From a virus: DNA of 64,000 nt. The DNA is taken from IMG/VR virus record IMGVR_UViG_3300046804_004006, positions 1-64,000 of that record, one strand, 5' to 3'. Numbering within the stretch: position 1 is the first letter of the stretch; every line of letters starts with the position of its first letter. This document shows, piece by piece, positions 37,901 to 45,900 of this stretch. The notes under the pieces were generated by a model. It did no database searches. It was not told where the DNA came from and worked only from the letters and a program-made list of their open reading frames with translations. Made by a program: the position numbers and the translations under genes.

Positions 37901-38375
37901 TATCCCACAAAATTCATATTTAAGGGATATTAAATATGTCGGTACAGCAGTGACTATTAGTTCTTTATCAAATAATGATTATTTTATTGTATATGACTCA
38001 AACGTTGGATCTTCTTCTACAACTTTAACTTCTCTTGATGTTTCTAACAACACTATTGGTATAGGAACTCAATTTGTAGATAATGTATATGAGGTAAATT
38101 CATCACAAATAGTATCTACCAATGTCAGTGGAGTGGGAGTTACTTATGTCAGGAGAGTTTTTGTAAAAATTTCAGAGAATTTTGCTTATGGTTCAGGAAT
38201 TTCTACTTCAAATTATTTTGGATCTTATAGTTGGGGAAAAATTAATTTAAAATCTAGAACAGGAATAAATTCACACTCTTCCTATACTTTAAATGGTGTG
38301 TCAGGAATTTCAACTTCAACTATTGTTCAGAGATCTAATCCACTAAAATCAAAAAATTATGATATTTCAAATTGA
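25956..38375 (+). CDS. gp7: giant baseplate wedge protein (gp7-like, 4139 aa) with YHYH-like domain
   Basis: Position between gp6 and gp8; FYGSKGTDESFKILFK N-terminus, YYQNFSYSLKS..HTLGF motif; HSPIIGWAYDGHPIYGP. Confidence 0.75.
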   Translation: MTDKRVQFNTIVQNQLPAYVREEFPLISEFLKQYYLSQEFQGAPTDLIQNIDQYIRLNETTNLVDSVILKSNISFVDTTIEVDLGFSPTGTNGFPDSYGLIKIDDEIILYTSKTSTANSASFNGCIRGFSGISSLNDQTATGELVFSTSSAEEHIGTEYNSDGSIKQKGSTILNLSNLFLKQFLLKTKYQLLPGLEDRELFSDLNEDLFIKQSKDFYGSKGTDESFKILFKSLYDEEVKIIKPKDFLLTPSNAQYTITNDLVVESISGDPLELKNSTLYQNSYLDNFTKSYAPITSVEKISSRDGKTFYKLSVDAGYNRDIVVDGATYGNFLVHPKTKVIGEVSPNSTILDVDSTVGFPTSGQLFASYNDGTAGVISYTSKSLTQFYGCSNIVKSINNAENVGLNTYASNSDGSIKVRINSVISGLDVRSDTRYLSPKESIQIKTLGVSAKDFISKNWYYNISSRYEVQGSPVLIDTSDKTYRLTLKTPHYLKIGDSISIVDSNNASKSSTVVDINSEYSITIRDQGELSLSTNYTIKRNILKPISNTFSNLSSYTSNVQNVYKDSGKTLLASNSIPSYYRQPLNVIDRSITFSGTFIGDEFVISNKDHGFYTGDVVYYTPQKVTTTSFSDDGIEIQQTSIQSSLFDEGLYFIKRVNETAVKFAKSKFDIYYSELYKDDSSKSKYVKLTESKSVSDNKIEIYKFNSKTVLPQKILREIQDPISDGKTYPTSPGFNGILVNGVEILNYKSSDVIYHGKINSIDILSPGLDYDVINPPELKISDRIGTGATGYVSVNGSLREIQIIDPGFDYVDVPTVKITGGNGSGALASVNMKLIDYYASFNSDSASNQIGIGVTVSTIGFSTYHKFRDGETVIYDPKYQQSVGGITTNSTYFVSVKDSNTVKLHKTFDDAVSGINTITLTSYGSGIHYLKSYNKKSVVGSINVVSGGSNYQNKKRTTDITGISTSLNQVTITNHDYQSGEIVKYATEGASIGGLISGSEYYLTKIDDNNFKLSNIGIGVTEKDFFYRTNQYIDFTSVGVGTHTFNYPNISVTLSGKIGISSIGSETFEAQIQPVFRGEITSVHLKNSGVGYGSSDIINIVKEPEVSLVSGQDAQLLPVISNGRISEVLVLSTGRNYNSVPILTIVGDGVGAVVTPIIENNSLKSVKVIEPGQGYSSKNTSILVSFPGSGCSFKSNIQTWRVNLFERNFNTFTSDDGFIESSINDEYELQYCNIYAPRKLRESLFSVDSLGKTLYGTKDLSKNNAGVEEFNAIKQKHSPIIGWAYDGHPIYGPYGYSKKFGGVITQMKSGYKMNSSRVSGPPTSIYPLGFFVEDYTYFKTNDETVLDENNGRFCITPEYPKGTYAYFATINNLSSDSSGPFYQYRRPVFPYLIGNNFKSIPNKFNYDKNSNQDSYDLNKTSWIRNTDPYNLRNGNVNYEYLSLPNNLNQTLEVKSVSPGSVESIKISSGGLNYKVNDEIIFDNSNTNGFGASAKISKIFGKSVNNISVATSSVTGVEIYPENKIGSYTIFSQNPHNFKNGDLVQVSGLSTSTFKINNSYPAGISTNTLTLVGLGSTSIGIKTTGVTGIVTYINVLGNLNYPNIRENDILTINSEKIKVLNVDAKLSRIRIIREIESTVGSAHTVGSKIYENPRKLIVNTEFSTTYNYKLNKEIYFNPIESVGLGTTSGVGIGTTIFFSNPGIGLTEIFIPTKTIYLPGHNLNTGDQLTYSTNDGKGLSVLIDSSSGVSTLTDQQILYVAKVSDDLIGISTVRVGLGTTGTFVGIASTQRNSTTLFFSGIGTGIYHSFKTNYDKLSGKITKNIVTVSTAQTHGLQNGDTVYIDVNPSISTTVTLKYNDYHRKVLINAKTFISSGVNTSTSLITIDNHGFETGDKVIHTSPSPAQGLENNKIYYVVKFDDNSFKLSNTYYNSLSSNPSIVGIASTSNGEISLINPPLNAYKNSSIIFDLSDSSLSYIKQSTNYPAFDLNFYLDENFTQLYDKNPESSTFEVQKSSGVVGVSTDAKVTLFVNEYTPKNLFYKLDPLFDSDIPIEKQEINVDSSVLSNNKINVEKSVYSGKYTISAGSTIFTYSLNKLPENNSYVSTSSSITYQTDSLSVTGAISEVEITNKGRNYYSLPGISSIVSTSGSGSILEPFSNSIGKIKNTTIKNIGFDFSSDYTVKPSSSLPQLLKIDPLASFSSIGISSFGRGYTSAPNILVFDGKTNQIITDVDLRYNLGDSQVTIFKNTYGINNVTPRFIPVQNSNGVGINSISFNSTTKDVTVRLSVGFSTINSFPFEVNDKVLIENISVGVDSTAKGYNSENYDYALFTITSVDQNIGGIGSITYNLSEFLSDGEYPGTYDSINSVGRVIPEKYFPTFSPILQIGDYIEGETVESNSSLGIVEKWDKKSQILKVLSNQDFNNDAIVKGLSSNTQGIASSITSFESYLTLNSLSKVERGWETNSGFLNENLQKIQDSFYYQNFSYSLKSKVDFDSWKDAVGTLNHTLGFKKFSDYQLESSLGQQEQNSMLVESNLSSFEIITDIVEYVDLNCVYDFDLVTENSIELNSKIISDEIVFNSRILTDYMESVGNRVLSIDDISGLFNSNPRSTQYSEVHRFLLSDARSQKYITFVSDKRYTEQSQTSIITLLHDNYISFMNQYGRVETYYDQGFFDFTIEGSEGVLLFYPTNYQVNNYNVTTLSWNLKDNLIGVGSSSFGDTVLINTSSVSVSSGSTTIVGINSSFSSVKVLVEISGNNGEYEFNEISVIHDGTNTHMIDYGQLSNLNYTPFESSGLGTFNSYLSGSQIKIDFTPNVGTATTINTIQVAIANTSSTGIGTFDMKHAKLSSQSVSIASSSSPTANSVANLSNDYDATYFVLQVTDTTNNRLQLSEIMLINNDSEIYLTEFGNIETNSGLGTFGAFRSGTDTVLSFTPIQNIDTQVKTFYTSLRHQDDSKDVVDLINATIETNFGTYFGAETDIKRQFDLKHKNVPIFERSFNGDDTSIVSIDSNTITIPNHFYVTGEKVNYYHAGSGTTQAIGIATTTFVSVGSTDKLASEVYVVKINDDKIKLASSSENALKFVPQTIDITSVGIGTSHRFVSTNQNAKVLLSIDNVIQSPVVSTAVTTTLSKNIFTTDDTIYFSGITSFFGGDLIKIGDEIMRIDGIGIGSTNAISVTRPWLGTVVSGYSTGDLVTKVIGDYNIIDNILNFVTAPYGNTPFGTITNAPDERDWSGISTGSSFHGRVFLRSGEQDTSNETYHKNYIFDDISSKFNGSERNFRLKSNLSDVTDISSENAVILINNVFQGPELSNDYTLSEVAGITTISFTGTATSISSDVNTSNLPSGGIIVSVGSSGGFGYQPLVSAGGTSVVSISGTIQSVSIGNSGSGYRSKSKYEITTKTSQAVGVGSTIVYLENDNSIFNILSLLNSGSNCKIGVGTFIDLTTIVSAGSTFICIGVGSTSNYIIPAETSTAIEIENPQIGIVNVEVVTSSSGIATYTHVGFATIRNGNVSSPVFITKVSSGYTNTNPPNVVFDDPQSYSDIPLIYSSNYASGGGSNATIDIVVGQGSSVIDFEVKNTGYGYGIGNVLTIPVGGLVGIPTTSGFKEFEVTIQNVFSDKFSGWSIGSLQVFDSIDRYFDGRRVSFPLSLSGNITTINSSKGSKISLQDTILIFLNDILQVPGEGYTFNGGSAITFTEAPKEGDQSKIIFYKGSGDGIDVISREIIETVKIGDDLRITYDSSQGQSPTLSEDFRTVYDIKSTDSVKTNPYFGPGNTNNTNLLRPVVWCRQTEDKIINEKVVGKDREIYTPNINPFAYIIKNVGIGSTAIYVDNLKPFFNAQNENDTSLSFQNSIKFISQDTISGAIGTAVVSTAGTISSIVISDGGVGYSTSPTISIGSTNGIGIGTTSTALGTVSISIGGTVTGVAITNPGFGYTTSSPPSVLISSPTLISETNSVSSYSGDSGIVVGFGTTTISTQTQLIFDLYIPQNSYLRDIKYVGTAVTISSLSNNDYFIVYDSNVGSSSTTLTSLDVSNNTIGIGTQFVDNVYEVNSSQIVSTNVSGVGVTYVRRVFVKISENFAYGSGISTSNYFGSYSWGKINLKSRTGINSHSSYTLNGVSGISTSTIVQRSNPLKSKNYDISN

Positions 38376-38402
38376 TGATAAATAGATAAAAAACTCTTAA
38401 AA

Positions 38403-39953
38403 ATGTCCGCAATTATAACTGATCAAATTAGAATATTAAATGCTAAAAATTTTGTTGCTGGCGTAGCTTCAAATTCTTACTATTCTTTTATTGGTTTGCC
38501 TAATTCTTCAGATTATCAATCAGATTGGGACAGCAATCCTCCCTCACCAAAAGATAATTTCAATGAAGAAAATCAATATTGGGATAATATGATAGCATTG
38601 AAAAAAATTAATGCTAGTGATGTAAGGCAAGTTGTTACCAAAAAGGTTTGGTCATCTGGCACAACATATGATATGTATAGACACGACTATAGTTCTTCAA
38701 ATATAACAAAAGTTACTGGTAGAACAAGTTTATATTCTTCATCATATTATGTTGTAAATAGTGATTACAAGGTTTATATATGTTTACAAAACGGAACTGA
38801 TCCAGATAATCCAAACGGAAAACCTTCTTTAGACGAACCAACTTTTACCGATTTAGAACCAAGATCAGCCGGTAGTAGTGGTGATGGGTATATCTGGAAA
38901 TACCTATACACTATAAAACCAAGCGAAGTTATAAAATTTGAAACCTCTGATTATATCCCAGTTCCACCAAACTGGGAGTCTGGTGTAGAAAATGCTGCCG
39001 TTAGAGATAATGCGGTAGATGGATCAATTAAAATTGTAACTATAAAAAATAGAGGAGTTGGTGTTGGGACTGCAAATACTCAATATACCAGAGTTCCAAT
39101 AAAAGGTGATGGTGTAGGAGCAGAGTGTACAATAGTAATTAATGGTGATAGCAAAGTAGAGAGTATTACTGTTTCGTCTCAAGGATCGGGATATACTTAC
39201 GGAAATGTGGATCTTAAAGCAGGTGGAGTTCCAACCGGATCTACAACACCATTATTTGATATTATTATTTCACCAAAAGGAGGTCATGGATATGATATCT
39301 ATAGGGAACTGGGAGCATACAATGTTCTTTTATATTCTCGTATAGAAAATGACAATGAGAATCCTGATTTTATTACTGGAAACCAAATAGCGAGAATAGG
39401 CATTGTAGAAAATCCCAAATCTTCATCAAACCCAACTTCAAATTTAACAACAGATAAAGCAAGTGCGGTATATGCTCTCAAATTGATTGGAATTGGATAT
39501 AGTTCGTCTACATTCATAGCAGACTCCACAATTACACAAACAATTTCAACTGGAACGACTGCTGTCGGTAGAGTTATAAATTATAATCAAACGACAGGAG
39601 TATTAAAATACTGGCAGGATAGGAGTATGTCGGGATTTAATACTGATGGAACCTCCCAAACAATCCCAAATTATGGATTTGAGTTGAATGAGTTTACGGG
39701 TTCGCCATTAACGGGAGGAAGTTTAACAATAGTTCCTTCCAGTGGATCGAATTTGACAATAGACTCCGGTTTTACTGGCATATCTACTGTAATAAATAGT
39801 AGAACCTACTATCTTGGTCAAAGTTTTATTGGTGGCGTATCTGTTCCTGAAGTTAAAAAATATTCAGGAAACATTATCTATGTTGATAATAGACCAGCAA
39901 TAACCAGGTCATCCAACCAAAAAGAAGATATTAAAGTCATTTTGCAGTTCTAA
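38403..39953 (+). CDS. gp8: baseplate wedge subunit gp8
   Basis: MSAIITDQIRILNA, YKVYICLQN, DGYIWKYLYTI, QKEDIKVILQF; late promoter at 38378-38384. Confidence 0.9.
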   Translation: MSAIITDQIRILNAKNFVAGVASNSYYSFIGLPNSSDYQSDWDSNPPSPKDNFNEENQYWDNMIALKKINASDVRQVVTKKVWSSGTTYDMYRHDYSSSNITKVTGRTSLYSSSYYVVNSDYKVYICLQNGTDPDNPNGKPSLDEPTFTDLEPRSAGSSGDGYIWKYLYTIKPSEVIKFETSDYIPVPPNWESGVENAAVRDNAVDGSIKIVTIKNRGVGVGTANTQYTRVPIKGDGVGAECTIVINGDSKVESITVSSQGSGYTYGNVDLKAGGVPTGSTTPLFDIIISPKGGHGYDIYRELGAYNVLLYSRIENDNENPDFITGNQIARIGIVENPKSSSNPTSNLTTDKASAVYALKLIGIGYSSSTFIADSTITQTISTGTTAVGRVINYNQTTGVLKYWQDRSMSGFNTDGTSQTIPNYGFELNEFTGSPLTGGSLTIVPSSGSNLTIDSGFTGISTVINSRTYYLGQSFIGGVSVPEVKKYSGNIIYVDNRPAITRSSNQKEDIKVILQF

Positions 39954-39959
39954 GGAATT

Positions 39960-42900
39960 ATGTCACAGCAAACGAATCTTAACGTAGCTCCATATTTTGA
40001 TGACTTTGATCCAAACAATGATTATTATAGAGTATTATTCAAACCTGGTTACCCAGTACAGGCAAGAGAATTAACAACTTTACAATCAATATTACAAAAT
40101 CAAATTGAAAAGTTTGGGCAACATTTTTTCAAAGAAGGTGCTAGGGTTATACCTGGAAATATTGGATATAATAGACTATACTATGCAGTCCAATTAAATA
40201 ACACTTATCTTGGTGTTCCAGTTTCTGCTTATGCAGATCAATTGGTAGGTTCTAAAATTCTTGGTCAGACTTCTGGCGTAAGTGCTTATGTGGATAAAGT
40301 ATTACTGCCACAAGATTCTGAAAATGGAAATTTAACCTTATATGTAAATTATATTAATTCCAGCATACAAAATAATAATACTCAACAATTTTCAGATGGG
40401 GAAACTTTAGTATGTGATAGAGTCATTGCATCTGGTCTTTTAGGTAACACAACAATAGAAGCAAATAGTCCATTTGCCAGCACACTATCAACAAATGCAA
40501 CTGCAACTGGATCTTGTTTTTCGATTACCAATGGAGTTTATTTTGTTCGCGGGAACTTTGTTAATGTAGAAACGGAGACTTTAATATTAGATCAATATAC
40601 AAATTCCCCAAATTATAGAGTGGGTTTATTTATATCGGAAGAGATTATAAATTCAAATATAGATGAATCTTTAAATGATAATTCTCAAGGATATAATAAT
40701 TATGCCTCCCCAGGTGCAGATAGATTAAAAATTTCAGTAGGTTTATTTAAAAAATCTCTAAATGACTTTGATGACACTAATTTTATAGAATTGGCAACAA
40801 TTCAAGATGGTGTATTAAAATCTACAAATAATTTTACATCATCTCAAAATTCCATATTTAATACAGAATTAAATAATGCTCTAGCTAGAAGAACATATGA
40901 TGAATCGGGAGATTATTGTGTAAGACCCTATGAAGTTACTATATTAGAGTCATTAAATGATAACCTTGGAAATAGAGGTGTATTTGATAAAGGTCAGATA
41001 ACCTACGGAGGTATGACACCTACTGATAATTTATCAGTGTATAAAATTTCTCCAGGAAAATCTTTTGTTCGTGGATATGAAATTGAAACATTAAATTCAA
41101 CTTTTATTGATGTAGAAAAACCAAGAACAACAAAAACTCTAGAAAGTCAATCAATAAACTATAATACCGGACCAACTTTAAAATTAAATAGAGTATATGG
41201 TACTCCAGAAGTTGGATTTGGGAATACTTACGTATTGAGTTTAAGAGATAGTAGAGTTGGAGTTTCTTCTACTTCACCTGCAGGAAATGAAATTGGCGTA
41301 GCTAGAGTTTATGACTTTAGGTTAGAATCTGGATCATACAATTCATCGAATTCTAACATAAATCAATGGAATATAAGCTTATTTGATGTTCAGACTATTA
41401 CAAATATCACATTGAATGTCTCATCAACATTTTCTGTTCCTACTTTTGTAAAGGGCAATAATAGCGGAGCAACTGGATTCTTAAAAGATTCCGTGACTGT
41501 TGGAACAGCTTTGACTTTATATGAGGTAAAAGGTTCTTTTATACCAAATGAGTCACTTTCATTTAATGGGGTTAATGATGGAAGAATAGCAATTGCAGTT
41601 ACATCATATGGTATTTCTGATATAAAATCTGTTAGAGGAGTCGTTGGTTCAGGTTCTACATTTACAGCAGACGTAATTCAAACGCCTTCATTTTTAGTAG
41701 GTATTGCAACAATAACCCCATTTTCTGGAGTAAGCACTGTAAGAAGTTCAAATACTGCATTTCCAGGCAATATAGTTAAAATTGGGGATATTGTTAGATA
41801 TTCAAATCTCAGTGCTTCTGCAGATCCAACTTTAGCAACAGTTGTAAGCGTTGGATCATCCACAGTGCAAATTGTTGGAGTTACAACTGTTACGGGAGTG
41901 GCAAGCGGAACAATTTCAACAACTTCTGTAACGTCTGTAACTGACTTGCAAATTTTATCAACTAGTTTAGAATCATCCAGCGATAACACTCTATATACAA
42001 AACTTCCTAAAAATAACATTTCTTCTGTTGACTTAACAGGGGCATCTTTGACCATAAGAAAAGTATATAATGTTGAAATATCTGCAAATAAAATAAACAC
42101 AATATCTGCAGGTCAAAATGAAATCTTTTTACCATTTGATGAAGAAAGATATTCTTTAATAAGATCTGATGGAGCAACAGAACCACTTTCCTCAGACAAG
42201 ATGGTATTCACTGAAGGTGGGACTCAATTAAAAATTTACAACTTAGGTAGTAATTCTTCAGCAAAACTAATAACCACATTAAGAAAGTCAAATCCAACGT
42301 CAAAAATTAAAGTAAAGAATAGAGTTAATTCAATCATAGTATCTAATTCAAAGTATAGTGGATCTGGAATAGGATCTACTACGTTGGGTAATGGATTAAC
42401 TTCAGGTAGTTATCCCTTTGGAACTAGAGTTGAAGATGATATTATTTCTTTAAATACCCCCGATATAATTGAAATTCATGGAATTTTCGAATCAGTAGAT
42501 AATTCAGACCCATCCGCACCTAAGATATCTCTCACATCTATTCGAAGTTCTTCAACAACTACTGCAGAATTATTGATCGGGGAATTGTTGATTGGACAAA
42601 CAAGTGGATCCATTGCAATTTGTGTAGAAAAAATAAATGACTCTGATATTTCATTTATTTACAAAAATAATAATAGATTTAAAGAAGGAGAAACTGTTGT
42701 TTTTCAAGAATCAAATGTATCCGCAATAATTTCTACCCTAAGTTCACCAAGTTTTGAAATCTCTTCTAATTATAAATTCGATAATGGACAAAATTCAACT
42801 TTTTATGGATACGGTTCTATAGTTAGAAAACCATTTTCATATGAACCTACGAAAAAAATAAAAGTTTATTTTTCAAATGCATACTATGATGCAACTGATA

Positions 42901-45900
42901 ATGGAGATGTAACGACTATAGCATCTTATAATCAATTTAATTATTCAAAAGAAATTCAAAGTGTTGATGGAATTTCAAACTCCGATATTATTGATATAAG
43001 ACCAAGAGTTTCTTCCTATTCAGTAACAGAAAATTCCAGATCACCTTTAGAGTTTTATGGAAGATTATTTAATGGCGCTGGAAATTCTGCATCCAATATT
43101 CTTTCATCCGAAGAATCTATTTTAACGACATTTTCTTATTATCTTGGCAGAATTGATAGAATATTTCTTTCCAAGAATGGAACTTTCCAAGTTAAATATG
43201 GAACTCCTGCAGAAAATCCAAGAAAACCTATTCCCGTTGATGATGCTTTAGAAATAGCAACAATTTCTTTACCGCCATATCTATATAATGTTTCTCAGGC
43301 ATCTATTCAATTCTTGGATCATAAGAGATATCAAATGACTGATATCAAACAAATTGAGAATAGACTTAAAAATCTTGAGTATTACACGGCTCTTTCAATA
43401 TTAGAGTCAAATACAGTTAATTTATTTGTCCCAGATTCTGACGGATTTAATAGATTTAAGAGTGGTTTTTTTGTAGATAATTTTTCAACATTTAAGTCTC
43501 AAGACGAAACCATAGAAATTAATAATAGTATAGATGTAAAAAATAAAGAGTTAAGACCAAAACATTATACGGAATCTATTGATTTAATTTTTGGTCCAAT
43601 AGTAGGTGCGAATCAAAGTGCTGACTTAGCGTTCTCTCCAATTGAAGGAATAAATGTTAGAAAATCCTCTGATATTGTTACTCTTGAATATGGTGAAGTT
43701 GAATGGATAAAACAAACTTCATCCACAAGATCTGAAAGTATTACTCCATTTTTAATTCCTTTCTGGCAAGGAACTATTGAAATGACACCCTCCTCAGATA
43801 CTTGGGTTGATACTGCTACATTTGATTCAAAAATAACACAATTTGGAGAAAGTTGCACAGAGACTTTTTCAAAAATATCTAAAACAAAAAATATAAATGA
43901 GCAGAGTGGTTTTGCATCAATTTTATGGAACTCTTGGGGAACAAACTGGGTTGGTGTTGATATTTCTGAAGATTCAAATGAAAAAATTAATTCAGTAAAA
44001 GTTAATAATCAATTTGGAAGATTGTTGACAAAATCCAATACATCAACTACTGTTTTGCAAGATAATAAAAAGGAAGCAAGACAAACCCCATTAGACTCTA
44101 AAAAATATTTTAGATCTATTTTAAGCGATCAATTTGATACTACTTCGATTGGAGATAGAATTATAAGTAGAGACTTGATCTCATATATAAGATCAAGAAA
44201 TATTCAATTTATTTCTAAAAAATTAAAGCCATCAACTCAATTATATGCATTTTTTGATGGAGTAAATGTAACAAGATACTGTATACCAAAACTTCTTGAA
44301 ATTAGTATGATTTCTGGAACTTTTGAGGTTGGTGAAGATGTAATAGGAACTTCTTTAGATACTGGTCTTGGTCCAAATTTAAATAAATTCTCCCCAAAAA
44401 TAACCTTTAGAGTTGCACAATCAAATCATAAAGAAGGTGAGTATGATAATCCAACTACAACATATTCAAATAACCCATATACCAATCAAATTTTACCAGA
44501 GTCGTACTCTTCAACATCAACAATACTGAATATTGATACTTTCTCTCTGGCAAATCAAACTCAAGGTCAATATGGTGGATGGATAGAAAGTGGAATGTCT
44601 CTTGTAGGCAAAACTAGTGGTGCAAGAGCTACTATTACAAATGTAAGGTTAATTACAGACTTGTCGTCTACTCTAATAGGAAATTTCTTTATTCCCGACC
44701 CAAATAATATAAATCATCCTAGATTTGAGGCAGGACCAAAAACCTTTACTCTTACCAACGATGAGCAAAATAACCAAAATGCATCATCAACAGTTGCGGA
44801 AGAATCTTTCATAGCATCTGGTATTTTAGAAATAACACAAGACAATGTAATTTCTGTGAGAAATACTAGAGTTGAAAATAAACAAGTATTTGAAAGTTCT
44901 AATACTAGCAGAACACTTGGAACGGAAACTGTTTTTGGTAAGCAAGGAAATAGTTTCAATACAAATGCTATTGTTGGTTGGTATGATCCCCTTGCACAGT
45001 CTTTCTTAGTTGAAGATGAAACTGGCATATTCTTGACAAAATGTGAAGTATTTTTCAGTTCTAAAGATGATATGGATATTCCAGTTTCTCTTCAATTGAG
45101 AACTATGAAAAACGGGACTCCATCCCAAAAAGTTTTACCTCTTTCAGAAATAGTATTAAACCCAACAGACGTTAATACTTCAAATGATGGATCCGTTGCA
45201 ACAACATTTGAATTTAAAGCACCGGTTTATCTTGAAGGTGGACAAGAGTATGCAATTTGTTTATCATCAAATTCAACAAAATATAGTGTATATGTATCTC
45301 GTGTTGGAGAAATTGATCTCTTAACACAAACTCTTATTTCAAATCAACCATATCTTGGATTTTTATTTAAATCTCAAAATACTTCCTCTTGGGAAGCAAG
45401 TCAATGGGAAGATCTTAAATTTACTCTTTATAGAGCTGAATTTATAAATTCCGGATCTGTTGAATTATATAATCCAAAATTAAATGAAGGAAATGGACAA
45501 ACTCCAATTCTCTCTCCAAATCCTTTAATTTTAAATTCAAGAAAAATCAGGATTGGAATCGGATCCACTTTACAGGATTCTGGGTTGTTAATAGGCAATA
45601 CTATTTTGCAGAAAGGAACAAATGCTTCTGGTAATTTGACGGGATTTGCTGGTATAGCAACAGGAACACTGTCAATCAGTAACTCTGGAATTGGATATAC
45701 TCCTTCCTCCGGAGGACTGACTTTTAACAATGTGAATCTTAGCACTATTACCGGAAAAGGAAAGGGTGCAATTGCAAATATAACTATTAGTAATGGCGTT
45801 GCTGTTGCTGCAACTGTTGTTAGTGGTGGATATGGTTATCAAGTCGGAGATGTTCTCGGAATAACATCAATTGGAGCAAGTCCAGCTGGTCGTGATTCAA

